A stretch of DNA of 64,000 nt from assembly GCA_049322915.1 (NCBI GenBank), contig JBMOPW010000010.1, positions 1-64,000 of the forward strand. The letters run 5' to 3'. The position numbers and the translations under genes are program-made. Position 1 is the first letter of the stretch. Each line of letters opens with the position of its first letter. The notes under the pieces were generated by a model. That model saw only the letters and a program-made list of their open reading frames with translations, was not told where the DNA came from and did not search any database. This stretch comes from Candidatus Zhuqueibacterota bacterium (GTDB lineage Bacteria; Zhuqueibacterota; Zhuqueibacteria; Thermofontimicrobiales; Thermofontimicrobiaceae). Shown here piece by piece: positions 1 through 11,360 of this stretch.

Positions 1-23
1 GGACGGTCGCGACCGTCCACTAC
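1..23. repeat. GTAG-type REP-like palindrome, truncated by the window edge
   Basis: Perfect palindrome GGACGGTC-GC-GACCGTCC (1-18) followed by ACTAC. CTAC is the reverse complement of the GTAG tetranucleotide that flanks REP elements. Confidence 0.5.
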
Positions 24-209
24 GCGTATGTTATGATCGCACTGAATATTTATCCAGCGCGGGGAATGGATTGGAACGTATGTTCCCGAATAAATGCGTC
101 GTTCGGCAAGTCTACATACTTAAATGACGAAGCGGTATGCTGAGTTGAAGTGAAGATTCCGTTATGTTTTCATATAGACATTTCATTTAAGCTGTCAAAG
201 GATTTTTGA

Positions 210-3200
210 ATGAACTCTGCCTCAGATTCAAATAAAAAGGAGCTCTCCCCTCTAAAGCGTGCGTTCATTGCGCTCGAAGAAATGCAAAAGAAAGTGAAAG
301 CGCTGGAAGGTCGGCAATCAGAGCCCATCGCTGTGATCGGCATGGGTTGCCGGTTCCCCGGCGCCAATGATCCGGATGCGTTCTGGGACTTGCTGCACAA
401 TGGCGTGGATGCGGTTCGCGAAGTGCCAAAAGACCGCTGGAATATCGATGATTATTATGATCCGATCCCCGGAACCCCTGGGAAAATGTACACGCGGGAC
501 GGTGGTTTCATTGACGCCGTGGATAAATTTGATCCCAACTTTTTCGGCATTTCACCGCGCGAGGCCATGCGCATGGATCCCCAGCAGCGCATTCTGCTGG
601 AGGTCGCCTGGCAGGCGCTGGAGCGCGCCGGGCTCGTGCCGGCCGAACTTGCCGGCAGCAAGACAGGCGTGTTCATCGGCATCAGCGCCAATGATTATTC
701 GTTTATTCAGTTCACGCACGAACAGCACATGGACGCCTATCACGGCACCGGCAATGCGTTCAGCATTGCTGCCAATCGGTTGTCCTATTATTTTGATTTC
801 AAAGGCCCAAGCGTGGCGCTGGATACGGCCTGCTCCTCGTCGCTGGTCGCCACGCACATGGCCGTTCAAAGCCTGCGAAATGGCGAATCCGACCTGGCCC
901 TGGCCGGCGGAGTGAATCTGATTCTCTCCCCGGAAGCGACGCTAATTTTCTCGCACGCGCGCATGATGGCCGTGAAAAATCGCTGCCGCACGTTTGATGC
1001 TGACGCTGACGGCTATGTCCGCGGCGAAGGCTGCGGGATCGTTGTGCTCAAACGGCTTTCCGATGCAAAACGGGACGGCGATACGATTCTGGCCGTGATC
1101 CGCGGCTCGGCTGTCAACCAGGATGGACGCAGCAATGGTATCACGGCGCCCAATGGACTGGCTCAGCAGGAAGTGATTCAGGCCGCGCTGCAAAACGCGA
1201 AGGTCAGGCCGGAGCAGATCGGCTACATCGAAGCGCACGGCACCGGGACCATTCTCGGCGATCCCATTGAAGTGCAGGCGCTGGCCGCTGTGATGAAAGA
1301 GCGTCCCGCGACGAATCCGCTGGTCATCGGCTCGGTGAAGACCAACATCGGACACCTGGAATCGGCCGCCGGAATTGCCGGACTGATGAAAACCGTTTTG
1401 ACACTACAGAATCAGGAAATTCCACCCCATCTTCATTTCAGGAAATTCAATCCGCACATTCTATTCGAAAATATGCCGCTGGAAATTCCGGTGAACGGAA
1501 AACCCTGGCGGCGCGGCGAGAACAAGCGCATTGCCGGGACACACTCGTTCGGCTTTGGCGGAACCAATGCCCACATTGTGCTGGAAGAAGCGCCGATACA
1601 TGAGAAAAAGTCGAGCAAAATCGAACGGCCGCTTCACGTTTTGAGTTTTGGAGCGAGGACCGATGCGGCGCGGGACGAACTGGTTCAGCGCTACCGAAAG
1701 TTATTGACTGACCAACCGGGAGAATCGCTCGCCGATATCTGCTTCACGGCAAACACAGGACGGAGCCATTTCGAGAGCCGGTTGTCGGTGGTCGCCTCTT
1801 CCGTCGGACAAATGCGCGAACGGCTGGCTGGCTACGAAGCCGGCGACCCGGTTTTGGAAATCACCACTGGTCTGAGCTTTGACAGAGCCAGAGCCAAAGT
1901 GGCCTTTTTATTCACCGGCCAGGGTTCGCAATACCCGGGCATGGGGCGCACGCTTTACGAGACGCAGCCGACATTCAAAAAAGCGATGGATACGTGCAAC
2001 GAATTGCTGCGTCCCCATCTTGAAAAACCATTGCTGTCCGTGATTTACCCGGAGGGCGACAATTCAGAACTGATTCACGAGACAGCCTACACCCAGCCGG
2101 CGCTGTTCGCCATCGAGTATGCGCTGGCGCAGCTCTGGCAATCGTGGGGCGTCACGCCGAATTTTCTCATCGGTCACAGCGTCGGCGAATACGTCGCGGC
2201 CTGCATCGCCGGCGTTTTCAGTCTGGAGCATGGCCTGAAATTCATCGCGGCGCGCGGCCGATTGATGGGCTCGCTTCCGCACGATGGCGGCATGGCTTCG
2301 ATTTTCACCAATGAAGCGGCTGTGGCGGCGGCAGTTAAGCCGTACAGCAAGACAATGGCCATCGCGGGGGTGCATTGCCCTGCCAACATCGTCATCTCGG
2401 GAAAGCGGGAGGATGTGCAGCGCGTGGTTGCCGGATTCGCGGCAAAAGGCGTGGAAACCCGTGAGCTGAAGGTGTCCCACGCGTTCCACTCGCCGCTGAT
2501 GGATCCGATTCTGGATGAGTTCGAGCGCGTTGCCTCAGAGTTGCATTATGCCGCACCTGCCATTCCCATTGTCTCCAATCTGACCGGGGAGTTGCTGGAT
2601 GAGCACACCATCCCGGATGCAGCCTACTGGCGCCGGCACATTCGCGAGGCAGTGCAATTCCATGCCGGCATGAAGGCGTTGGCGGATCACGGCTGCGAAG
2701 TCTTCATCGAACCGGGTCCCCATCCGGTGCTGATCGGAATGGGACGACGCTGCCTGCCTCAGACAGATGGGTTGTGGGCGCCGTCCTTGAAGCGCGACCA
2801 GGACGATTGGTCGGCCATGCTCAGCAGTTTGAGCGCGTTGTACGTCAATGGGGTGCAGATGGATTGGCGCGGTTTTGATAGCGATTACAAACGGAATCGC
2901 GTGACCGTCCCGACCTATCCATTTGCGCGGGAGCGTTATTGGGTCGAATTGACAAGCGAAGGTCGAACCGCGCGGCCAGTCGCTGCGCAGATTGAAGAGC
3001 TGCCGGAACAAGGGAGCGAGCCGGCGCCTGAAGCGAAAAAACCGAAAGAGTCAGCGAAACTATCGAAACAGGCTGTGCTGGCGGCGGAACCGAAAGATCG
3101 TCAGAAACTGGTGGAGTCGCAATTGCAGGCAGAACTGGCAAAGGTGCTGGGGCTCAGTCCCAATCGCGTGGATGGGAAGCAGCCGGTGAACAATCTCGGC

Positions 3201-6200
3201 CTCGATTCCATCATGGCCATCGAATTGAAGAATAAAATTGAGAACGTGCTGGACGTGGATTATCCCATCGCCAATTTGCTGGAAGGGCCGAATATCATTC
3301 AAATCGCCGAGCAGTTGGTGAAGTCGATCGAGCAGCCGGACACAACCGCTGTGAAGTTGCAGCCGGCCGGTGAAAAGGTGTCGGAATATGCCCTGTCCTA
3401 TGGTCAGCGCGCCATGTGGTTTCAGCATCAAATGGCGCCGGATAGCATTTTCAATCTGCTGTATGCCGTGCGAATTCGCGACGCGGTCCATGTGAGAATT
3501 TTGAAACTGGCGTTCCAGAAATTGATCGACCGCCATCCCACGCTGCGCAGCACATTCCACTCGGTCAAAGGAGAGCCGGTTCAGAAAATTCATGATGAAG
3601 CGGAAGTGTATTTCATCCATGAAGATGCGTCGTCCTGGAGCGACGAGGCGTTGTTCCAGCGGCTGGAAGAGGAGACCCATCGCCATTTCGATCTGGTGAA
3701 CGGGCCGGTGTTCCGCATTCATCTGTTCTCCCGCTCGGAAAAAGAGCATGTCCTGTTGCAGACCATCCATCACATCGTCGCGGATTTGTGGTCCCAGGCG
3801 ATCATTGCCAACGAAGTGAGTCTGCTCTACTCCGCGCTTTTGATGGAGGAACAAGTCGCGGATCTGCCGGCGCTGGCGATTCAATACAGCGATTATGTTC
3901 GCTGGCAGAGCGAAATGCTCGCCGGGGACGAAGGCGAGCGGCTGTGGAATTACTGGAAAGAAAAACTTGCCGGTCAATTGCCGGTACTCAATGTGCCGAC
4001 GGACAGACCGCGCCCGGTCGTGCAAACGTTCCATGGAAAATCCAAAACAATCTTTCTGGAATCCGGCCTGACCCAGAGATTGAAGCAGATCAGCGAGGAG
4101 ACCGGCAGCACGCTGTACATGACGCTGCTCGCCGCGTTCAACGTGCTGCTCCATCGCTACACCGGTCAGGACGACCTGATTGTGGGCACGCCCACGACAG
4201 GCCGAAGCCACAACGAACTGGCGCCCATGGTCGGCTATTTTGTGAATCCATTGCCCCTGCGATCCGATTTGAGCGGCAACCCACGGTTCACGGATTTCCT
4301 GGCGCAGGTTCGGAAGACCGTCGTGGACGCCATCGATCATCAAAGCTATCCCCTGGGACTCCTTGTCGAGAAATTACATCCGGAGCGCGATACCAGTCGC
4401 ACCCCGCTGTTCCAGGTGATGTTCGTGTTCCAGCGGGCGCATTTGCTGTACGAAGAAGGGCTGTCATCGTTCGCGGTCGGCGAAGAGGGCGCTCAGATGA
4501 ACCTGTCCGGCTTGCCCATGGAGGCAATGCCCATGGAAGAGTGGCTCTCCCCGTTCGACATGACGCTGATGATGGCTGAGTCCAACAAGCGATTGGGCGC
4601 GACGCTCACGTACAACACGGATCTTTTTGACGCGGAAACTATGGATCGTTTCCTGGGTCATTTTCAAAATATGCTGCTCGCCATTTCAACGAATCCTGCG
4701 GAACAGATTGGCCATCTGGCGCTGCTCCAGGCCAGCGAGACCGGGCGACTCATCGAGTCGCTCAATGCAAACGAGGGCGATTTTCCGGCCGACCGATGCG
4801 TTCATCAGGTCATTGGCGAAATAGCCAGCGCCCGGCCCGATGCGGACGCGGTTGTTTTCGAGGATAAAAAACTCACCTATCGGGAATTGAACAATCGCGC
4901 CAATCAACTGGCGCACTATCTGCAGAAGAAAGGAGTGAGGCCGGAGACGATCGTCGCCATCAGCATTGAACGGTCGCCTGACATGATCGTGGCCATGCTG
5001 GGAGTGCTCAAAGCCGGCGGCGCCTATCTGCCCATGGATCCGGACTATCCGACGGAGCGACTGGCGCTGATGCTGGAAGATTCCGGCGCGCCACTGCTGA
5101 TCACTCAAAAAAGCCTTGAACAAAAATATGCGCACATCCGCCCGGGCATCATTTTCATCGACAGCGACTGGGCGTTCATCGATGGCGAGAGCACCGAAGA
5201 CCCGGTCAATCGCGCGCTGCCGGAAAATTTGGCGTACGTGATTTACACATCCGGTTCCACCGGCAAACCCAAAGGCACGTTGTTGCAGCATCGCGGACTT
5301 GTCAATTTTGCCACGGTGCATGTGCGAACGCTGGGAATGAATGGGAACGACCGCATGCTCCAGTTCGCCTCGTTCAGTTTCGACGCTTCGGTGTCGGAGA
5401 TTTTCACCGCCCTGTTCGCCGGGGCGGCGCTGCATCTCGCAAAACGGGAGACGCTGCTCTCCAGTCCGAAGCTCATTGAATTGCTGAGGACTGCCCGAAT
5501 CACCGCGGCGATCATCCCGCCAGCCCTGTTGGCTGTGTTGCCGGCGGAAGTGCTGCCGGATCTGCGGATCATCATTTCCGCCGGAGAGAGCTGCGGCCGC
5601 GATGTGGTCGCCAAATGGGCGCCGGGACGGAATTTTTACAACGGCTATGGCCCTACCGAAGCGACGGTCGGCCCGACGATTTTCAAAGCCGATCCGGACA
5701 AACTGGATTCGGCCACCGTGCCCATCGGTCGTCCGCTTTCCAATGTGAAAGTGTATCTGCTCGACAAATATCTGAATCCGACGCCGCCGGGCATCCCCGG
5801 GGAAATTTACATCGGCGGCGTGTGTCTGGCGCGCGGCTACCATCATCGCGCTGAAATGACAGCGGAACGATTCGTCCCTGATCCGTTCGGACAGAACGCC
5901 GGCGGGCGATTGTACCGCACCGGGGATATGGGAAAATATCTGCCGGACGGGACAATTGAATTTTATGGCCGCGTCGATTTTCAGGTGAAAGTGCGCGGCT
6001 TCCGCATCGAACTGGCGGAGATCGAATCGGTGCTGACGGAGCATGAGGCCATCGAGGAAGTGGTTGTGCTGGCCAAAAAAGACAAAGCCGGGGAGAACCG
6101 GTTGGTGGCCTACATTGTGCCTGACCACAAGCCCCTGCCGGAAAAAAGTGAGATTCGTGAATTTCTGAAATCAAGAATGCCGGAGTACATGGTGCCCACG

Positions 6201-6638
6201 GCGTTTGTCATGCTGGACGCATTCCCGCTGACGCCCAATGGAAAAATTGATCGAAAAGCGCTGCCTGAACCGGACGAATTCAGAGCAAGTGCGGAAGCCA
6301 CCTACGTCAAGCCGCGCACTGAACTGGAGAACGTCGTTGCAACGATCTGGCAGGAAGTGCTCCTGATGGAAAAGGTGGGGATCAATGATAATTTCTTCGA
6401 TCTGGGCGGCCATTCGCTGACCATGGTCAAAGTGCACAGCGTCTTGTGCGAAAAATTAAATCGGGATATTTCCATCGTTGAGATGTTCAAATATCCCACG
6501 GTGCGAACCCTGGCGCGTTTTCTGAGCGAAGAGCAGGATAAAAAACCGGTGTTTGAGGAAAAAGAACAGCGCGCGAAAAGTCAGCGAGATGCGCTGAATG
6601 TGCAACGACAACGGATGATGAACAGGAGAAACAGATGA
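210..6638 (+). CDS. Hybrid type I PKS-NRPS: docking-KS-AT(malonyl)-ACP-C-A-PCP (PKS module 1, NRPS module 1)
   Basis: [28 protein letters not shown] and [53 protein letters not shown]. No KR. A code read by hand: DASIIAGVGK. Confidence 0.96.
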   Translation: MNSASDSNKKELSPLKRAFIALEEMQKKVKALEGRQSEPIAVIGMGCRFPGANDPDAFWDLLHNGVDAVREVPKDRWNIDDYYDPIPGTPGKMYTRDGGFIDAVDKFDPNFFGISPREAMRMDPQQRILLEVAWQALERAGLVPAELAGSKTGVFIGISANDYSFIQFTHEQHMDAYHGTGNAFSIAANRLSYYFDFKGPSVALDTACSSSLVATHMAVQSLRNGESDLALAGGVNLILSPEATLIFSHARMMAVKNRCRTFDADADGYVRGEGCGIVVLKRLSDAKRDGDTILAVIRGSAVNQDGRSNGITAPNGLAQQEVIQAALQNAKVRPEQIGYIEAHGTGTILGDPIEVQALAAVMKERPATNPLVIGSVKTNIGHLESAAGIAGLMKTVLTLQNQEIPPHLHFRKFNPHILFENMPLEIPVNGKPWRRGENKRIAGTHSFGFGGTNAHIVLEEAPIHEKKSSKIERPLHVLSFGARTDAARDELVQRYRKLLTDQPGESLADICFTANTGRSHFESRLSVVASSVGQMRERLAGYEAGDPVLEITTGLSFDRARAKVAFLFTGQGSQYPGMGRTLYETQPTFKKAMDTCNELLRPHLEKPLLSVIYPEGDNSELIHETAYTQPALFAIEYALAQLWQSWGVTPNFLIGHSVGEYVAACIAGVFSLEHGLKFIAARGRLMGSLPHDGGMASIFTNEAAVAAAVKPYSKTMAIAGVHCPANIVISGKREDVQRVVAGFAAKGVETRELKVSHAFHSPLMDPILDEFERVASELHYAAPAIPIVSNLTGELLDEHTIPDAAYWRRHIREAVQFHAGMKALADHGCEVFIEPGPHPVLIGMGRRCLPQTDGLWAPSLKRDQDDWSAMLSSLSALYVNGVQMDWRGFDSDYKRNRVTVPTYPFARERYWVELTSEGRTARPVAAQIEELPEQGSEPAPEAKKPKESAKLSKQAVLAAEPKDRQKLVESQLQAELAKVLGLSPNRVDGKQPVNNLGLDSIMAIELKNKIENVLDVDYPIANLLEGPNIIQIAEQLVKSIEQPDTTAVKLQPAGEKVSEYALSYGQRAMWFQHQMAPDSIFNLLYAVRIRDAVHVRILKLAFQKLIDRHPTLRSTFHSVKGEPVQKIHDEAEVYFIHEDASSWSDEALFQRLEEETHRHFDLVNGPVFRIHLFSRSEKEHVLLQTIHHIVADLWSQAIIANEVSLLYSALLMEEQVADLPALAIQYSDYVRWQSEMLAGDEGERLWNYWKEKLAGQLPVLNVPTDRPRPVVQTFHGKSKTIFLESGLTQRLKQISEETGSTLYMTLLAAFNVLLHRYTGQDDLIVGTPTTGRSHNELAPMVGYFVNPLPLRSDLSGNPRFTDFLAQVRKTVVDAIDHQSYPLGLLVEKLHPERDTSRTPLFQVMFVFQRAHLLYEEGLSSFAVGEEGAQMNLSGLPMEAMPMEEWLSPFDMTLMMAESNKRLGATLTYNTDLFDAETMDRFLGHFQNMLLAISTNPAEQIGHLALLQASETGRLIESLNANEGDFPADRCVHQVIGEIASARPDADAVVFEDKKLTYRELNNRANQLAHYLQKKGVRPETIVAISIERSPDMIVAMLGVLKAGGAYLPMDPDYPTERLALMLEDSGAPLLITQKSLEQKYAHIRPGIIFIDSDWAFIDGESTEDPVNRALPENLAYVIYTSGSTGKPKGTLLQHRGLVNFATVHVRTLGMNGNDRMLQFASFSFDASVSEIFTALFAGAALHLAKRETLLSSPKLIELLRTARITAAIIPPALLAVLPAEVLPDLRIIISAGESCGRDVVAKWAPGRNFYNGYGPTEATVGPTIFKADPDKLDSATVPIGRPLSNVKVYLLDKYLNPTPPGIPGEIYIGGVCLARGYHHRAEMTAERFVPDPFGQNAGGRLYRTGDMGKYLPDGTIEFYGRVDFQVKVRGFRIELAEIESVLTEHEAIEEVVVLAKKDKAGENRLVAYIVPDHKPLPEKSEIREFLKSRMPEYMVPTAFVMLDAFPLTPNGKIDRKALPEPDEFRASAEATYVKPRTELENVVATIWQEVLLMEKVGINDNFFDLGGHSLTMVKVHSVLCEKLNRDISIVEMFKYPTVRTLARFLSEEQDKKPVFEEKEQRAKSQRDALNVQRQRMMNRRNR

Positions 6639-9600
6639 GCGACGTAGCGATTCCTGAAGGATATAATGAATTTGATGTGGCTGTGGTCGGTTTATCCGGC
6701 CGATTTCCCGGGGCAAAGGATATCGGGGAGTTCTGGGACAACCTGAAAAACGGCGTGTTCTCCATGAAGTTTTTCACGGATGAAGAATTGCTGGCTGCCG
6801 GCGATGACCCGGCGCTGTTCAGCGATCCGAATTATGTGAAGGCGCGGGGCGTTCTGCAGGACGTCGATAAATTCGACGCCCAGCTTTTCGGTTTCTTTCC
6901 CAAAGAAGCGGAGATACTCGATCCCCAGCATCGGCTGTTTCTGGAATGCGCCCGGGAGGCGCTGGAAAATGCCGGCTGCGACCCGGACCGCTACAAAGGG
7001 ATGATCGGCGTGTTCGGCGGGGTGAGCATGAACTCCTACATCATGAATTACATCGCTTCAAAAGGCGGCGTTGTGAGCACGGCCGAGGGCTATCAACTGA
7101 CGATTGGCAATGACAAAGATTTTCTCGCGACAAAGACGTCGTACAAGCTGAATCTGAAAGGCCCGAGCATCACCATTCAAACAGCGTGCTCGACTTCGTT
7201 GACTGCCATTTACATGGCGTACCAGAGTCTCCTGAGTTTCCAATGCGATATGGCCCTGGCCGGGGGCACATCCATCAGCATTCCCCAGGAGCGAGGGTAT
7301 CACTATCAGGAAGGGATGATTCTTTCTTCGGATGGCTACTGCCGCGCGTTCGACGCCAAAGCGACCGGCACGGTGAGCGGCAACGGCGTTGGCGTGGTCG
7401 TCTTAAAACGCCTGCCTGACGCCATCGCGGACGGCGATTTCATCTACGCCGTCATCAAAGGCGCGGCCTGCAATAATGACGGTTCCATGCGGGTGGGTTT
7501 CACAGCTCCCGGCGTGGAGGGCCAGGCCGACGTCATCGCCATGGCTCAGGCCGTGGCGAATGTGGAGCCGGAGACCATCGGTTACATCGAGACCCACGGG
7601 ACAGGCACGACGCTGGGGGACCCCATCGAAATTGCCGCGCTGACCCAGGTGTTCCGCGAAAAGACTGACGCGTCCGGTTTCTGCGCCATTGGCTCCGTGA
7701 AGACCAATATCGGCCATCTGGACGCTGCCGCAGGCGTTGCCGGCTTCATCAAAACGACGCTATCCCTGCATCATCGGCAGATTCCAGCCAGCCTTCATTT
7801 TGAATCGCCCAATCCAAAAATTGATTTTGCCAGCAGTCCTTTTTACGTCAACGCGAAACTTACGCCCTGGAAAACAAGTGGGCAGCCGCGCCTGGCTGGC
7901 GTCAGTTCGTTTGGCATTGGCGGAACCAATGTGCACGTGATTCTGGAACAGGCGCCGGAGCGGCAACCCTCCGACGTCTTCCGAAAATTGCACATGATCG
8001 CGTTGTCCGCAAAGACAGGCACAGCCCTGGAAACGGCGACGCGCAATCTGGCGGAACACCTGTCCCGCAATCCGCAGGTCAATATTGCGGACGTGGCCTA
8101 CACGCACCACATGGGCAGAAAGGTATTCAATCATCGTCGGGCAGTTCTGGTCGATTCTGCCGAGGACGCAGCATCGGTGCTGGCGAACATGAATCCGGAG
8201 CGAATCATGTCCAGCGCGTTGCCGGCAGACATTTCGGAACAGCCGGTGGTGTTCATGTTCAGCGGTCAGGGCGCACAGTACGCGCAGATGGGGAAGGAGC
8301 TTTACGAAAGCGAGCCCACGTTCCGCGCACACATCGATTATTGCTGCGATTTTCTCGAACCGCATCTTGGACTGGATTTGCGAGAACTTCTTTTCCCTGA
8401 AACCGACCCCGATCAGGCCGGACAAAAACTGAACGAGACGTCGCTCACCCAGCCGGCGCTATTCGTGATCGAATATGCCCTGGCAAATCTCTGGATGGAA
8501 TGGGGCGTGAAGCCCCAGGCCATGATCGGCCACAGCATTGGCGAATACGTGGCTGCCTGTCTCGCCGGCGTTTTTTCGCTGGACGATGCCCTGGTGCTGG
8601 TCGCGAAACGGGGGGCGTTGATGTCATCCATGCCGCCAGGCGCCATGCTGAGCGTGCCGCTGGAGGAAGAAAAAATTAAGCCGTATCTGAATGACCAACT
8701 GACGCTGGCGGCCATCAATGCGCAGGCGCTGTGCGTTGTGTCAGGGCCGTTCGAAGCCATCGACGCGCTGGCGAATCAACTCACCGCCGACGGTGTGGAG
8801 ACGCGCACATTGCACACCTCCCATGCCTTCCATTCCTGCATGATGGACCCGATTCTGGAGCCGTTCAGGCAGGTCGTGGCGCAGATGAAATTGAATCCAC
8901 CGCAGATGCCGTACATCTCCAATGTCAGCGGAACCTGGATCACCGTCGAAGAAGCGACCAGCCCGGATTACTGGGCCACGCATCTGCGCCGGGCCGTGCG
9001 GTTCGCCGATGGAATTGCTGAATTGCTGGACGATCCGGATCGGATTTTCCTCGAAGTGGGACCGGGCAAAACGCTGGCCACGCTGGTGCGACGCGCACCC
9101 GGCAAAACGCCGGGACGGGTCATTCTGTCATCCATGCGCCATCCCCAGGAAACGGAATCAGATCTGAAATTCGCGCTGAACACACTGAGCCGTTTGTGGC
9201 TCGCCGGCGCGAAAATCGACTGGGACGGTTTTTACTGCCATGAGAAACGCAATCGCCTGCCGCTGCCGACCTATCCGTTTGAGCGCCAGCGATTCTGGTT
9301 AGAGGCCGGCGCCGGCGCGCGACTGGCTGGCGCTGTGAAGAGAGACGCCAATAAAAAGCAGCCGATCGGCGACTGGTTTTATGTGCCTTCGTGGAGACGG
9401 GACGATGCGCATCTGGCGTTCCCGCAGTCCAATGGCGGCACGACCGGCAAACGGTGGCTGGTGTTTGGCAATGAAGAGGAACTGAGTTCGCACGTCGTGA
9501 ATGGGCTGGTTCAATCCGGCCACATCGTGACAACGGTGATTGCCGGGACCAAATTCGAACGGGTCAACAGCCAGATGTTCTCGCTGAATCCCACATCCGG

Positions 9601-11296
9601 AGATGATTACCACGCGCTGGTATCAACCCTGGTAGAATCGGAACGCATGCCGGAAACCATTGTCCATCTCTGGAGCGCCGCAAAGGACAACTGCGTCGGG
9701 ACAGAGCCTGCGCCATTCGAAGAACTGCAGCACCACGGATTTTACAGTTTGATTTTTCTGACTCAGGCATTGGGAAAACAGAATATCACCCAGGCCATTC
9801 AATTGAACGTGGTGACAAGCAACCTGTACGAAGTGACCGGCCAGGAGTCCCTGTGCCCGGCAAAAGCCACAGTCTCCGGATTGTGCAAAGTGATTCCCCA
9901 GGAATTTCCCAATATCACCTGCCGCAGCATCGACATCGATGGTTCGCGCCAGGAGGCGAAACGTACGGCCAGTCTGCTGGCTGAGTTTGTGACGCCCATG
10001 AATGATCTGGTGGTGGCCTATCGCGCCAATCACCGCTGGGTGCAAACCTATGAGTCGCGGCCGGCGTCGGCAACAGCGCCGGCTGAATTGAAGCTGCGCG
10101 AGGGAGGAGTCTATCTCATCACCGGCGGTCTGGGCCGAATCGGGATGGTCTTTGCCGACTATTTCGCCAGAACCGCGAAGGCCCGGCTGGCGCTTGTGGA
10201 CCGCATTGAACTGCCAGCGAAAAAGGATTGGAAAAATTTTCTTTCCGGGGCGCGGAAGGAAGAGGCGCTCAGTGGCCTCATCCAGCGTCTCCACGAACTG
10301 GAAAAAGCCGGCGCTGAGGTGCTCGTCGTGAAAGCCGAAATCTCCGATGAAGGAGAGATGAAATCGGCCGTGGATCAGGCGATCCATCAGTTTGGCGCAT
10401 TGAACGGCGTGATTCACGCGGCCGGCATTGTGGGTGAAAAATCCATGAAAGCGATTCAGGAACTGACCATCGCGGATTGCGAGAACCAGTTTCAGGCAAA
10501 AGTTCAGGGATTGCAGGCGTTAGCTTCAGCCCTGCAGCAGCGCGATCTGGATTTCTGTCTCCTGCAATCCTCGCTATCTGCCATTCTCGGCGGACTGGGC
10601 ATGGCTGCGTACGCTGCGGCCAATGCATTTATGGATGCATTTTCAGCGCAGGTGAATCAGGACAGCGGTTATCCCTGGATCAGCGTCAATTGGGATGGCT
10701 GGAATCTGGGCGATGATTTGCCGGAGCAGAATGCCATCGGCGCGTCCATGGTGGAGTTCACCATTCGCCCGGAAGAAGGCGTCAAAGCGTTGGAGCGAAT
10801 TCTGACCCAGGAAAAATTTCCACAGGTCATTGTGTCAACCGGCCATTTGCAGTCGCGAATTGACCAGTGGGTGAAACTGCAATCCCTGAAAGATGGAAAA
10901 ACGGAAGAGGCGCATCTGGCCAGCGCGTTGCATCCGCGACCCAATTTGCCCAACCCGTTTGTCGCGCCGCGCAATCCACTGGAATCCGAGATTGCCGTCA
11001 TGTGGCAGGAATTACTTGGCATTGACCAGATCGGGATTTACGACAACTTCTTCGAATTAGGCGGCCATTCACTCCTGGCGACGCAGTTGGTCTCCCGCAT
11101 GCGAGAGACTTTCAAAGTGGAATTGCCACTGCGCGAGCTTTTTGAATCGCCGACAATTGCCACGCTGTCTGGAACGATTGAAACGTCACGACAGGCGAAA
11201 CAGCAAGGCGCACAGGACGTCGCTGATCTGCTTAAATTGGTTGAACAGCTTTCTGACGAAGAAGCCCGGGCATTGCTGGACAAGAAAAAATCGTGA
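6635..11296 (+). CDS. Type I PKS: KS-AT(malonyl)-KR-ACP (PKS module 2, accepts an aminoacyl chain)
   Basis: Hybrid-type KS signature GNDKD...QTACSTSL. AT: GHSIG and HAFH. KR: GGLGRIG, HAAG, SS...YAAAN. Carrier domain has the PCP-like GGHSL motif. ATGA overlap with the upstream gene. Confidence 0.96.
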   Translation: MSDVAIPEGYNEFDVAVVGLSGRFPGAKDIGEFWDNLKNGVFSMKFFTDEELLAAGDDPALFSDPNYVKARGVLQDVDKFDAQLFGFFPKEAEILDPQHRLFLECAREALENAGCDPDRYKGMIGVFGGVSMNSYIMNYIASKGGVVSTAEGYQLTIGNDKDFLATKTSYKLNLKGPSITIQTACSTSLTAIYMAYQSLLSFQCDMALAGGTSISIPQERGYHYQEGMILSSDGYCRAFDAKATGTVSGNGVGVVVLKRLPDAIADGDFIYAVIKGAACNNDGSMRVGFTAPGVEGQADVIAMAQAVANVEPETIGYIETHGTGTTLGDPIEIAALTQVFREKTDASGFCAIGSVKTNIGHLDAAAGVAGFIKTTLSLHHRQIPASLHFESPNPKIDFASSPFYVNAKLTPWKTSGQPRLAGVSSFGIGGTNVHVILEQAPERQPSDVFRKLHMIALSAKTGTALETATRNLAEHLSRNPQVNIADVAYTHHMGRKVFNHRRAVLVDSAEDAASVLANMNPERIMSSALPADISEQPVVFMFSGQGAQYAQMGKELYESEPTFRAHIDYCCDFLEPHLGLDLRELLFPETDPDQAGQKLNETSLTQPALFVIEYALANLWMEWGVKPQAMIGHSIGEYVAACLAGVFSLDDALVLVAKRGALMSSMPPGAMLSVPLEEEKIKPYLNDQLTLAAINAQALCVVSGPFEAIDALANQLTADGVETRTLHTSHAFHSCMMDPILEPFRQVVAQMKLNPPQMPYISNVSGTWITVEEATSPDYWATHLRRAVRFADGIAELLDDPDRIFLEVGPGKTLATLVRRAPGKTPGRVILSSMRHPQETESDLKFALNTLSRLWLAGAKIDWDGFYCHEKRNRLPLPTYPFERQRFWLEAGAGARLAGAVKRDANKKQPIGDWFYVPSWRRDDAHLAFPQSNGGTTGKRWLVFGNEEELSSHVVNGLVQSGHIVTTVIAGTKFERVNSQMFSLNPTSGDDYHALVSTLVESERMPETIVHLWSAAKDNCVGTEPAPFEELQHHGFYSLIFLTQALGKQNITQAIQLNVVTSNLYEVTGQESLCPAKATVSGLCKVIPQEFPNITCRSIDIDGSRQEAKRTASLLAEFVTPMNDLVVAYRANHRWVQTYESRPASATAPAELKLREGGVYLITGGLGRIGMVFADYFARTAKARLALVDRIELPAKKDWKNFLSGARKEEALSGLIQRLHELEKAGAEVLVVKAEISDEGEMKSAVDQAIHQFGALNGVIHAAGIVGEKSMKAIQELTIADCENQFQAKVQGLQALASALQQRDLDFCLLQSSLSAILGGLGMAAYAAANAFMDAFSAQVNQDSGYPWISVNWDGWNLGDDLPEQNAIGASMVEFTIRPEEGVKALERILTQEKFPQVIVSTGHLQSRIDQWVKLQSLKDGKTEEAHLASALHPRPNLPNPFVAPRNPLESEIAVMWQELLGIDQIGIYDNFFELGGHSLLATQLVSRMRETFKVELPLRELFESPTIATLSGTIETSRQAKQQGAQDVADLLKLVEQLSDEEARALLDKKKS

Positions 11297-11360
11297 CAGC
11301 CAGCCAGCTCAGGGCATGTTCATCGGATAGTTTATTTTTGCACGTGAAAAAGGAAACGAC

